Shown here: piece after piece, positions 9,077 through 18,936 of the stretch
Layout of the letters: each line of letters opens with the position of its first letter
Numbering within the stretch: position 1 is the first letter of the stretch
Origin: Candidatus Harpocratesius repetitus
GTDB lineage: Archaea > Asgardarchaeota > Lokiarchaeia > Sigyniarchaeales > Promethearchaeaceae
Direction: 5' to 3'
NCBI GenBank assembly: GCA_021498095.1
Contig: JAIZWK010000001.1
Coordinates: 4,140,001-4,172,000, forward strand
DNA: 32,000 nucleotides
Made by a program: the position numbers and the translations under genes
The notes under the pieces: model-generated
Databases searched by the model: none
The model's input: only the letters and a program-made list of their open reading frames with translations
What the model was told of the DNA's origin: nothing

Positions 9077-9387
9077 TTAAAAAGTATAAATTTACCCGAT
9101 TCCAAGCTATTTTAACAGGTGGGTTCTCTTTAGGACTTTACGAAGTAATCTTGGGAGGATCTTCACTAAATATTCTAATGCTTCTTCTCTGGCCATTTTT
9201 AATTATGATTCATGGAGTACATTTGATTGTACCTAAGATTCTATTTTTTGATGAAGATAAGCAAAATGAGAGAAAAGAATCCAATTGGAAATATGTTTTT
9301 GGAATAATTCTTCCAGTACTTGGAATTGGAATTGGAATCTTGGTATCTGGAATTATTGCTCAAGCATTCAACTTAGAATTTTATTGA
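9073..9387 (+). CDS. Small membrane protein (about 3 TM); possibly the frameshifted C-terminal part of 8912..9387
   Basis: Three hydrophobic segments; GTG start overlaps the upstream TGA (GTGA). Confidence 0.65.
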   Translation: MIKKYKFTRFQAILTGGFSLGLYEVILGGSSLNILMLLLWPFLIMIHGVHLIVPKILFFDEDKQNERKESNWKYVFGIILPVLGIGIGILVSGIIAQAFNLEFY

Positions 9388-9511
9388 TCTTGATTGTTCT
9401 TAATCTTAATCGTTCGTTTTTTATTCTCTCATCGCATTCTGACAAAAAACAAAAAATCATTAATAATTTTGATCACTCTTGAAAAAAAATAGTTAGAACG
9501 CCAAATATTTA

Positions 9512-9865
9512 CTAATCACTATTCAATTTCGGGATTCCGCAAAGTAATTCAACTGTATATTCATTGGGATTATTATAGCCATGAGGTTCATTTGGAGGCA
9601 TATAAACAAATTGATTTGATTCTACTACTGTTTTTTCCCCTTTTTCATTTAATAATTCAATTGGACCTTTCAATATAAACATTTGATGTTCTTCTGGATG
9701 TGAGTGAATTCCAATTTGACCATGTGGTCCAATTTCAAACCGTCGAAGCATAAAATGAGTTGATTCTGAAGGTTTTCTGAACCATTGAATTGTTGTTTTC
9801 GTTGATCCATAAACAGTTACTGGCTCTTTGGGAACATCATTAAGTGGTTTTATAATCATTTTCAA
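9512..9865 (-). CDS. Cupin-domain protein (cupin_2-like)
   Basis: Cupin motifs HSHPEEHQMFILKG and YMPPNEPHGYNN. Confidence 0.9.
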   Translation of the reverse strand: MKMIIKPLNDVPKEPVTVYGSTKTTIQWFRKPSESTHFMLRRFEIGPHGQIGIHSHPEEHQMFILKGPIELLNEKGEKTVVESNQFVYMPPNEPHGYNNPNEYTVELLCGIPKLNSD

Positions 9866-9920
9866 TCAAGATTGAAATAAGAACGGTTTATTTTAAATTA
9901 TTTACATTCGCGCTAACTAT

Positions 9921-9950
9921 AAAAATAGGAAAAAAAAGGAAAAAAAAGGA
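9921..9950 (-). terminator. Tandem oligo-T tract (T8CC x2 on minus strand); likely terminator of 9974..10753
   Basis: GGAAAAAAAA repeated at 9928-9947 on the + strand, starting about 25 nt past the stop of the minus-strand gene. Confidence 0.5.
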
Positions 9951-9973
9951 ATAACCAGAACTATTCGATTAAA

Positions 9974-10753
9974 TTAATGAAGCTTTTGACCGCAGTATTC
10001 ACAAAATAGAAAATTAGGCTCAATCTCTTCACCGCACCGCGGACAGTATTTAATTTTTGCATTAGATTGAGAATATTGTTGTGAATAATTTGAGTTATTA
10101 GCTGAACTTACTAAAGGTAAAGATTCCCTGCGCATTTCTCGGTAATGGTGTTTGTTAACTGAATGATCAATAGAAATATATGCAATTAACATAATTGGAA
10201 CTGTAGGCCATAAGAACCATCCAAAACCTCCACCTGAAAATAAATCAACAAAAGCTAAAAAGATACAAACAATTCCAGGATACCAGAGTGAATAATATTT
10301 TGAAACAGGAAGACCCATTAATTTACGGCGTTTGGCGTTGTATGCTACAGCATGACAACCCAATCCAATACCCCAAGTTAATGCAGGCCAAATAAACCAT
10401 ACACCACTTGCACTCAGTATGTTTAGTATTAATAAATAGGCGTTTACAATTAAATACACGGCGAAATGGATGTAAAATTCGCGATCAGATCGATTTGAAT
10501 ATTTAGAACGAATAATTACAACAGCTGTGTGAATCCCAATCCCAATACCCCACGAAAACAGCGGAAATACATGCCAAGGATATTCATATCCTGTTAATAA
10601 ATTTATTATAAAAAGGAAAGAGTTTACACTTAAGAATGTAATCCAATGAGAGCGAAGACCGCTGCGAGCATTAGCATATGATCTCGGGCTATAATAACCC
10701 CGATTTGGAAGTCGAGAAGTAAAATTTGACTCACTGTTATTAATATATGACAT
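9974..10753 (-). CDS. Membrane protein with repeated 2TM-type hairpins and a C-terminal zinc ribbon
   Basis: Repeated H..F/Y...N..L..IN...W...P...WG.GL..H units; ends CPRCGEEIEPNFLFCEYCGQKL. Confidence 0.82.
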   Translation of the reverse strand: MSYINNSESNFTSRLPNRGYYSPRSYANARSGLRSHWITFLSVNSFLFIINLLTGYEYPWHVFPLFSWGIGIGIHTAVVIIRSKYSNRSDREFYIHFAVYLIVNAYLLILNILSASGVWFIWPALTWGIGLGCHAVAYNAKRRKLMGLPVSKYYSLWYPGIVCIFLAFVDLFSGGGFGWFLWPTVPIMLIAYISIDHSVNKHHYREMRRESLPLVSSANNSNYSQQYSQSNAKIKYCPRCGEEIEPNFLFCEYCGQKLH

Positions 10754-10842
10754 TTTTTCACCAATTTTTATGATATGATTCTTAATATTTTTATCAAAAA
10801 ATCATTGAATTAAGAAGGTTGAAGAGCCCATTTTTTAGCATG

Positions 10843-11826
10843 TCACGCTTTTCCACTCGTGTTAGTCCCATCAAATTCCTTGCCAGTAACATGTCGATAA
10901 CGTGGATTTTTATTTGCAACAGTAATTGCAACTAAAATTAAACAGATTCCAATAACTTCACGCAGAAAAAGAGTTTCATGTAGTAAAAAAACCCCGGCAA
11001 TTGTACCGATAATTGGATTAATTAACGAAAAAATCACAATATATTCAGAAGAGATGCGTTTATTTGATAATGCTAAATTGTATGTATAGAAAGCTATACC
11101 TCCACAGAAGATACCAAGATATAAGAGAGCAATCCAATTGATACTAGATAATCCACAAATTGCTTCAAGTCCTCCATTAATAATAGCAATAGGAAGAAGA
11201 AGAATAAGAGAACTAAGAAAAACAGAAAGAGTAGTGAAAAGAGGGTTCATTTGCTCATTTATTTTTGCAGTAAATGCACTATATGCCCCCCAAATAAAAT
11301 AAGCCACCAAAGTACCAAGATCTCCAGGTAATGTAACATTGCTAAAATTAAATTCATCAGAAATTAAAATTAACATTACCCCGCTTATTGCCAAAATCAA
11401 GCCGACAAGGAAATTTTTAGTAGGCTTTTGCTTATAAAATATTGTATTTATTATTACAACCCAAAAAATCATAGTATTACTAAGGACGGCTTGATTTGAG
11501 GATTCTGTACGCGATAAAGACCAATATTCCATAAAAAAAGCCATTGCGTATAGCAACACTCCAATCGCTAAAATTTGCCAGAAAAATTTACGAAATGAAT
11601 AAAACCAATCAGTGAGTTGTCCCTTAATTGCCAAAATACAAAATATTGTTAGTGCACCAATTACTGTTCTATAAAAAGTAACAATGATTGGAGAAAATGG
11701 AGTTGGAGATATGAACTTTCCAGCTGTAAAAGATGTTCCCCAAATTAAGAAAGTAAATAAAGCAAGTGCATAAGAAAAAGTGGGTGAACCACGCCAAGAT
11801 TGCTTTTTTTGGGAGATCAAGTTCAT
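10843..11826 (-). CDS. DMT superfamily (EamA-like) transporter
   Basis: Two 5-TM halves; IWGTSF, YR..IG, GDL..L...FIWGAY, LYLGIFCGGIAF, INPI....G...L.E motifs. Confidence 0.92.
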   Translation of the reverse strand: MNLISQKKQSWRGSPTFSYALALFTFLIWGTSFTAGKFISPTPFSPIIVTFYRTVIGALTIFCILAIKGQLTDWFYSFRKFFWQILAIGVLLYAMAFFMEYWSLSRTESSNQAVLSNTMIFWVVIINTIFYKQKPTKNFLVGLILAISGVMLILISDEFNFSNVTLPGDLGTLVAYFIWGAYSAFTAKINEQMNPLFTTLSVFLSSLILLLPIAIINGGLEAICGLSSINWIALLYLGIFCGGIAFYTYNLALSNKRISSEYIVIFSLINPIIGTIAGVFLLHETLFLREVIGICLILVAITVANKNPRYRHVTGKEFDGTNTSGKA

Positions 11827-11947
11827 AAGGATGTAATATTATGCATAGTTATTATTATTTTTATTTTTTTTTTCATTCTATCTTCTAAATGTTGTGTAAA
11901 AAATAGAATCATATCATTTTTCTCTTTGAAAGCAAGTATAAAAAAGA

Positions 11948-12355
11948 TTATTCGTAAAATTGCTTTATTTCTATCCAAATTTTTTGCTTTAGAATCTTTG
12001 AAGCCATTTTAAGCGGTGTTTGATTTTTTAATATATTTGGCACGATACCTATCGTTCCAGGTATTTTAATTGGAATTATTGGGATTTTTTTTTCCATTCC
12101 AATTTTAATTTGTAAATCCACAAATGAGTCTTCTGGAGGATCTTCTCCTGCAAAATAGATGATAATATCTACATTTTTAATGATTACTAACAATAGATTG
12201 CGTTTTGCAATCTCAGATTTCATATTTATAAATTTCTTTTCAGATTCAGTAATATATATAATATCTTGATTGTTGATTTTCAATTTTTCTAAATATTTCC
12301 TCATATATTTACTGTATTTTTGATTGAATATTAAAAAAAGTTGTACCATAATCAT
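11948..12355 (-). CDS. TIR-like (MTH538/ThsB-type) domain protein, apparently degenerate
   Basis: DIIIYFAGE...SFVDLQIKIGMEKKIPIIPIKIP resembles the vvivLig...wV..EI..A....kpIigv pattern of MTH538/ThsB TIR domains (by eye). Confidence 0.55.
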   Translation of the reverse strand: MIMVQLFLIFNQKYSKYMRKYLEKLKINNQDIIYITESEKKFINMKSEIAKRNLLLVIIKNVDIIIYFAGEDPPEDSFVDLQIKIGMEKKIPIIPIKIPGTIGIVPNILKNQTPLKMASKILKQKIWIEIKQFYE

Positions 12356-12479
12356 TTTAACAAAAATGTAAATAAAGACATATTTATTTCATAAAGTAAG
12401 AAAAACAGAGGGAATACTTAATTTAAAAAAGTAAAGTCCATTTTAACTCAAAAAATAGAAAATTAGAATATGTTTAATT

Positions 12480-15400
12480 CTATTCTGTTTTAATTAATGA
12501 TGCAATTTTCATTTGCACTTTAATTAGGTGATTTTTCTTCAATCGCTTTATAGCCTCAAGAAAATGGTCCAATGCTGTATGAGAAGTTGATCGTTTTCCG
12601 AAGAAATTCATAACAACGCGCTGTAAAGATTCTAAAGGCATTTTACCACCATCTTTTAAAACAAAAAGAATACATTTAGATATTTCATAAAGTGAAATCA
12701 TGTTAAATTTACGAGGATCATCTTTAGGATGTAAGGTTATCCGACATTTGAATGATAATTGAGATTTATAATCTTTAGGAAGTAAAAATCCCGGTTCACT
12801 TTGGTAATCAACAATATCTTGAGAGAAAATTAAATCAGATATTTTCTGCTTTACATAATTAGATTTCTTCTTGTATCCAAAAAGAGTAGACATTCGTGAA
12901 ACGAGAAGATCAAAGTGAATTGGCCCTTCTTTTGTAACAATTTCTTGAATATATTCTTCAATTACTCTTTCATATGCAGGATCATGAAAGTCATCAGTAG
13001 AAAAATCTTCTTCAAAGCTTACAATTTTATATTCTTTGACTCCTGGAATAGATAATAATTTTTTCCGGAAAATTACACTATTTCGCCTTTGACTTGTCAA
13101 TGATTCTAGATCTTGCTCATTAAATACAAAGAAAGTGCTTGATTCAGTAATATCTTTAATTTCTGAAATATTAGTCAGATTAGAAGATGAATTTTGCTTA
13201 TATTGGTGAAGTGCCTTTGTAGATGAAATTGATGAAGATAAACTTTTCACTTTCTCTTTTTCTAGTGTACAGAGGTTATATACTATTCCTGATATTTCCT
13301 TCAAGATTTTCTCATAATTTTGAAACCATTCCACAGAATAAATATGATATAGATTCCAACCTAAACTCTGAAGAACATTAGGTCGAATTCGAAATCGTTC
13401 AGTCGCATTAGGAGCAAATGCATAACTTCCATGATCTAGAATAATACCTAAAATATATCTGGATGAATCAAAAGGATGCACAATTGCAAGATCAATTTGG
13501 TTTTTGGATTTACCTACACCAATGTCGACATTGAAACCTTGATCCTTTATTTTATTCGCAATAGAACGCTGTAAATCAGTTTTAAGAGTTAATGAAGCTT
13601 GTAATAGCGCTCCAGAATTTGAAAATACACTTGTATTGTTGCTTGTATTTTTTATTGTTTGAGAATAAACAAATTGCAAGAATTGAAAAAAATCACGCAA
13701 ACCTTTACTTTGAGTGCGCTTAAAATCAATTTCATTCGGATTGAAAGAGCAGAAGATTTCCATGCGATATCGAGCACGTGTAATTGCTACATTTAAACGA
13801 CGTTCACCACCCATTTGATTTAGAGCTCCAAAATTCAATCTAAATTCTCCATTATAATCGTATCCATATCCAATGGAGAAAAATATAACATCACGTTCAT
13901 TTCCTTGGACATTTTCGATATTTTTGATAAAAAGACGCTCAGGACCAATATAATCAACCAATTTTTCCTTTTCAAGATTAGCTTTTAACTTTTTTGCCAG
14001 AGCTTTTTGAATTGCATCCATTTGGGCTTCATTAAAAGCAATTACCCCTAAACTAAGGGATCTCTTCTGAACTTGATTATTTTGATAATGTTCTAAGATA
14101 GCATTTGCAACTGCTTCTGCTTCAACCTTATTAGTTCGTGATTTTCCTCTATCATATTTTCCTTCTTTAATGTAATGAAAATTGATAGCACTCGTTGAAA
14201 TATCCCTAAATATATCTGGGAATGTATTAAGCATGTGGGAATAATAATTATAGTTGGAAAAAACAATCAAATTTTCCCGTTTTGATCGATAATGATTTTT
14301 TAATGTAAAAACGGGTAACCCAATAACCATAGCTTCTTCTAACACGCTTTCGTATGATGATAAATCAGGATCAGTAAATTCTGATTCATCAAATAACTGT
14401 GATGTAAAAAATCGAGTAGGAGGTAATTGTTTCTCATCACCTACTACCACCACTTGTTTTCCTCGAATAATAGCACCAATTGCATCTTCAGTACAAATTT
14501 GAGACGCTTCATCAAATATTACCAAATCAAAATATTGATAAAATCTCTCTAAAGGTAGATAGGTCGCAACTGAGAGAGGGCTCATTAGTAAACAGGGTTT
14601 AAGAGTTAAAAGATAATCTCTGCTGTAATCTAAAATGTCTCGCAACGGCTTAATATTTCTTCGCTTTATTAATTCACGATTTAAAAAACCAATTTCAGTA
14701 ATCTCATCATCTTGATAAAGCCATGGAGCGATAGGCCGATTTTCAAACAATCGTTTTGCTAATCGATATCGATTAATACGTAATAGATTGGCATCAATTT
14801 CTTTGAAATTTTTAATATTTTTAGAGTATTTTTCTAATCGAAATCTAGAAAGTGATGGATTTGATTGAATTACGCGCTCTAACCATTGTATCAAATAAGT
14901 TTTTCGAAATTTGGCGGCAAAATTGGGGGATATTGCAGAAATCATTAATTCTTTTATTAAAAAATCAAGTTGTTTCGATTTAAGTTGCTGCAAACTTTTA
15001 GAAAAATCAACCCATTGAGAATAAGATTTGAGTTGTGCCTGCCAATATGAACACCATTCAGCTAATTGTGTCCAATAATTATCAGATTCTATAATGTTTA
15101 CAATAGATATAGGTAATTTTGCCAGAATTGGATTGTTTTGTAATTTTAATAACGATTTTAGTTTATTATTTAATTCATTAAAATGAGTTTGAAATAATTG
15201 AGGATTATTTTTAGCCAAATTGTGACCCGCTTGATATATTTCCTTGTTAATATAAGAATTTTGCACCAATTTTATACGTTGTATATGATTTTTGATGAGT
15301 TCAAATCGATTTTTCCGTTTTAAGAGATTTGAAATTAGTTTTTTCCGATATTGATAAAATGTTATGGAAAAAAAACGCCTTGTATTATCGAAATTATTGA

Positions 15401-17528
15401 TATACTCTTGTTCTATTGCATTAATATCTACACTTAAACTTGCCAATGAATAAAAAGAAAAGAAATCAGCTAATTTTTCAAAATCTGAAGGAGAATCTAT
15501 CGATTTAAACCCATAACGATGATAGAATAATTCTAATTTTTCTTGAAATACTGTTAAAGCAATTTGAAAATTCAGCAATGCTTCTTGGATTTCAAGATAA
15601 GAATATTCAGGAGGTTGATTAAATGAACAAAGGCGCCATGAATAAGAATCATAATTCGCTCGGATATCAGAAAAATCTTCAATCGTAGATAAAATGTCTT
15701 CAATTTCATCTAAATCATTCTCATCGTATGCATCAATATTTGGAATACGGCCTGAAAATTCTTTAATTTCGCGCAATTGATCCAAAGCAGCTAGTTTTTG
15801 TTCAACCAAACTCTCAGTTGTGCCAATCGTTTTATTAATTTCGCTAACATACGAATTTAAATGCTGTTTCAAGCGTGATAAGGAATGATATTTTTCATTA
15901 GGAACCACAAACGGCTTTAGCTCCGTGTTGTAGGTATGACTGATTTGATCCATAACTTGGCGTTTATTGGACTTATCAGAATGCAATTCTAAACAAAATT
16001 CACCAATTCCAGTCTTATCCAACCGTTCTTTTACCACTTCCAAAGCGGCCGATTTTTGAGCAACAAATAATACTTTTTCATTATCTGAAAGACATTCCGC
16101 AATAATATTGGCAATACATTGGCTTTTTCCTGTTCCAGGTGGTCCCCTAATGACGCATGAATAACCTTGTTCAATGTAAGAGACCGCTTGTAATTGACTA
16201 TGATCTATATCAAGAATGGAAAATGCATTTATTGCCTCTTCATTTTTGGTTCTTTCATCAGTTAATTGTGAAGTATCAATATTTTGAGAATAATGAGAAA
16301 GTTCAGCCAGGCTGCGAATAAATGGGTGTTTAAAAAATAATGGCTTGAAATCATACAGATCTTGAAATAATGGAATTTTATTAAATGCAAAAAAACTAAT
16401 AAATGTGCGAAAAGTTATTTCCCAAGCAGGATACGGTTCGATTTTTTGTGAAAGTTGTTCAAAGTACTTCAATATCTGCTCTTTTGAATATTCGCCTTCA
16501 TAAGAAGGAAATTGAAAATTAAAATCAATTTTCATCTTGTGCATCAAAGAAGGGTTGATAATGAGATTTTCATCCAAAATTTGAACAGTATGAAGGGTTT
16601 TGACAGAAATACGACTTATTTTAATTGGAACAAAAAGAATTGGGCTGTAATTAATTTCATCACTATTTTTTTCCTGCCATTTAAACAAACCAAAAGTGAA
16701 ATAAAGTGCATTTACTCCTTTTTCTTCCAAAAAATTTTGATTTTTAGCCACAAATCGAGAAAGACGCTTTTCTAATACTTTGTCATCGACATTTGCAACC
16801 ATTTTATTTGGTGGAGGTGATTCAAGAATTTTAAATAGAGCTTGCTCGTACAAGAATTTGATTTTTTGATTTCTCTCATTTTCATTCTTTTCTTCTTCTT
16901 TATTTTCTCTTTCTTTTTTATCTACTTTTTTTTTGTCTTCCCAATTCTGTGTCTTTTTATCTAAATTTGCTTGGGAATGCGATTTTCGTCTAATCACAGA
17001 ATCGGGATGGAATACTGGCTGAAAATGAAGTCGTTTTTCTTCACCTACAAGCTGCTGGAATAAGGAAGTTAAAGGAGGAGAAATAATTTCTATTGTACGT
17101 TTTGAATGAGGTCGAAAATTCAATTGAAAATTACGTTTACTAAGATCCAATAAGTACTGCTTCCAAATTCGAAATTTTTTCTCAAATTTGGGCGTATAGT
17201 CAACTTTTTCTACTTTAAGCTGATGAATTCGAATTGAATCTTGATCTTCTGACCCTTCAGCTTGAATATTACCTTCTTTAGAAATTTCTGAAATTAAATC
17301 AGATTGACAGTGTGGGCAGGTGGTTAAATTTTCTTCAATTTGTGCGGAACAAAATGGACAAAAAGTATATCCTCTGGGCAGAAATGATTCACAAACCATA
17401 TATTCTTGCTTAATTTTTATTCCATACTTTATACAAAAGCCATCGTAAGCTTGAGAGAAATTTGCACAATTTTTACAATTTTCATCTGATCGCTTTTCCA
17501 AAGGTCGAAATCCGGGAGGTTGCACCAC
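12480..17528 (-). CDS. DUF4011 - Upf1-like SF1 helicase (AAA_11/AAA_12) - Vsr/MTES_1575-like nuclease - DUF3320 protein (HheA-like), with extra N-terminal Cys-rich modules
   Basis: DUF4011-like WKQYLLDLSKRNFQLNF and EEKGVNALYFTFGLFKW...SPILFVP; helicase motifs GPPGTGKS, DLVIFDEASQ, VVGDEKQLPP, HYRS, ENVQGNERD, RLNVAITRAR; nuclease-like IDLAIVHP...LQSLGW; C-terminal EGPIHFDLL winged helix. Confidence 0.9.
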   Translation of the reverse strand: MVQPPGFRPLEKRSDENCKNCANFSQAYDGFCIKYGIKIKQEYMVCESFLPRGYTFCPFCSAQIEENLTTCPHCQSDLISEISKEGNIQAEGSEDQDSIRIHQLKVEKVDYTPKFEKKFRIWKQYLLDLSKRNFQLNFRPHSKRTIEIISPPLTSLFQQLVGEEKRLHFQPVFHPDSVIRRKSHSQANLDKKTQNWEDKKKVDKKERENKEEEKNENERNQKIKFLYEQALFKILESPPPNKMVANVDDKVLEKRLSRFVAKNQNFLEEKGVNALYFTFGLFKWQEKNSDEINYSPILFVPIKISRISVKTLHTVQILDENLIINPSLMHKMKIDFNFQFPSYEGEYSKEQILKYFEQLSQKIEPYPAWEITFRTFISFFAFNKIPLFQDLYDFKPLFFKHPFIRSLAELSHYSQNIDTSQLTDERTKNEEAINAFSILDIDHSQLQAVSYIEQGYSCVIRGPPGTGKSQCIANIIAECLSDNEKVLFVAQKSAALEVVKERLDKTGIGEFCLELHSDKSNKRQVMDQISHTYNTELKPFVVPNEKYHSLSRLKQHLNSYVSEINKTIGTTESLVEQKLAALDQLREIKEFSGRIPNIDAYDENDLDEIEDILSTIEDFSDIRANYDSYSWRLCSFNQPPEYSYLEIQEALLNFQIALTVFQEKLELFYHRYGFKSIDSPSDFEKLADFFSFYSLASLSVDINAIEQEYINNFDNTRRFFSITFYQYRKKLISNLLKRKNRFELIKNHIQRIKLVQNSYINKEIYQAGHNLAKNNPQLFQTHFNELNNKLKSLLKLQNNPILAKLPISIVNIIESDNYWTQLAEWCSYWQAQLKSYSQWVDFSKSLQQLKSKQLDFLIKELMISAISPNFAAKFRKTYLIQWLERVIQSNPSLSRFRLEKYSKNIKNFKEIDANLLRINRYRLAKRLFENRPIAPWLYQDDEITEIGFLNRELIKRRNIKPLRDILDYSRDYLLTLKPCLLMSPLSVATYLPLERFYQYFDLVIFDEASQICTEDAIGAIIRGKQVVVVGDEKQLPPTRFFTSQLFDESEFTDPDLSSYESVLEEAMVIGLPVFTLKNHYRSKRENLIVFSNYNYYSHMLNTFPDIFRDISTSAINFHYIKEGKYDRGKSRTNKVEAEAVANAILEHYQNNQVQKRSLSLGVIAFNEAQMDAIQKALAKKLKANLEKEKLVDYIGPERLFIKNIENVQGNERDVIFFSIGYGYDYNGEFRLNFGALNQMGGERRLNVAITRARYRMEIFCSFNPNEIDFKRTQSKGLRDFFQFLQFVYSQTIKNTSNNTSVFSNSGALLQASLTLKTDLQRSIANKIKDQGFNVDIGVGKSKNQIDLAIVHPFDSSRYILGIILDHGSYAFAPNATERFRIRPNVLQSLGWNLYHIYSVEWFQNYEKILKEISGIVYNLCTLEKEKVKSLSSSISSTKALHQYKQNSSSNLTNISEIKDITESSTFFVFNEQDLESLTSQRRNSVIFRKKLLSIPGVKEYKIVSFEEDFSTDDFHDPAYERVIEEYIQEIVTKEGPIHFDLLVSRMSTLFGYKKKSNYVKQKISDLIFSQDIVDYQSEPGFLLPKDYKSQLSFKCRITLHPKDDPRKFNMISLYEISKCILFVLKDGGKMPLESLQRVVMNFFGKRSTSHTALDHFLEAIKRLKKNHLIKVQMKIASLIKTE

Positions 17529-17643
17529 TATAACTATTGCTGGGTGTTGAAAGAAAATAAAGCTTTTCTATGATTAAAAAAGGAAAAAATAGATAAATTG
17601 ATCAAATGTAAAAAAGACTAGATCATAATGAAAAGCTTGCAAT

Positions 17644-18558
17644 TCAACTTCTTTTGAAGAATGGAATTTTCTTTCGGATTAGATAATAAAATCCTCCATA
17701 TGACAAAAACCCTAAAGTTCCAAATAGAAAAAGTCCAAATGTTTGGAATTCTGGATCATTTCGGAGAAACATAATCCACGCCATTGCATTAACTGCTGTG
17801 ATCATACCTATAAAAAACCCAAAGAATAAGATCATTAAAGGAAATGCACGCTTAGGTCGCGTCATTAACAAATACATTGCAATATAGCCAATTGGGATAG
17901 ATAAACCTAAATCTAAGTATCGAATTACCCAAAATACAACAGGAGTCGCAGAATAAGATCCAGTTGCAGTATCGCCATATTTAACCACTTCCAATATTTC
18001 TTTCAACCACATCATTGCAAATAACGATAGAACTCCAATTACTGCAAATCCATACCGTTTTAATCCCTTTGAATTGAAATCAGGAGCATCATCTTCAGTA
18101 AATTGCATTAAGCCAAAGATCATCATGATTAATCCATCGATGATCAATATTAGAAACATCCAAAAATACTTTTGAACATTGTAATCTCCAGTTAAATTTG
18201 GATGATTCCATTCTTGACCAATTCCATAAGATATTCCAGTATAGATTAAAGTTAAAGAAGCAAATGTAAGAAGATATTTGGAAATGGAATGATTTTTGAT
18301 TTGTGTATAACCCGCTGCAATGCAAATTGGTGCAATAAGGATAACATTGGCAAGATCTTGGCCTTGAGTTTGCCAAATACCCGACTGACTGGTTTTGAAT
18401 TTAATCACTTCTAACCCTAATGGACCTAAAACTGCCAAGAGGATCAGGACAATACCGCTAGAAAATGCAGCAAAACAGATTAAAACCCGATCTTTACTTT
18501 CATATCGGGTATCTAACTTCGATTCTTCCATGGTTTCAGTTTTTGTATTGATTTTCAT
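17644..18558 (-). CDS. Hypothetical multi-pass membrane protein (about 8 TM)
   Basis: Alternating hydrophobic segments; QGQD and LDLG..IP motifs; no function assigned. Confidence 0.78.
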   Translation of the reverse strand: MKINTKTETMEESKLDTRYESKDRVLICFAAFSSGIVLILLAVLGPLGLEVIKFKTSQSGIWQTQGQDLANVILIAPICIAAGYTQIKNHSISKYLLTFASLTLIYTGISYGIGQEWNHPNLTGDYNVQKYFWMFLILIIDGLIMMIFGLMQFTEDDAPDFNSKGLKRYGFAVIGVLSLFAMMWLKEILEVVKYGDTATGSYSATPVVFWVIRYLDLGLSIPIGYIAMYLLMTRPKRAFPLMILFFGFFIGMITAVNAMAWIMFLRNDPEFQTFGLFLFGTLGFLSYGGFYYLIRKKIPFFKRS

Positions 18559-18579
18559 TCTTGTTCACATTTTTATTAA

Positions 18580-18783
18580 TTATTTGATCAAATCTAAGAG
18601 CACCATACCCGATCCAAATTCAATTTTTAGAACACTATTCTCTTCAACGTATATTTTAGGTATATTTTCAAGAGAAATCTCTATTACTAATTGTTCTAAG
18701 GAATTTCGTTGGCATGAGAATTCTAAAATACTTGATAATGAATTTAGAATCAAGATTAGTTTTCCGTGCTCCACCGCTATCAT
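18580..18783 (-). CDS. Small hypothetical protein (67 aa), likely beta-rich
   Basis: Protein-like composition (EENSVLKIEFGSGMVLLDL); same strand as its neighbours and 21 nt from the next start. Confidence 0.45.
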   Translation of the reverse strand: MIAVEHGKLILILNSLSSILEFSCQRNSLEQLVIEISLENIPKIYVEENSVLKIEFGSGMVLLDLIK

Positions 18784-18936
18784 AGAAAGAAAGAAATTGA
18801 TACATATTTAAAGAAAATCGGAAAAAAAGGGAAGAAAGTATGTGATTTCAAAGTTACTTCGAAAAATTGAAGCAACAAAAATTGTATTTTTTTTAAATTA
18901 TAATTTAAATCTTACTTTAATTTTAATAAATTCATT

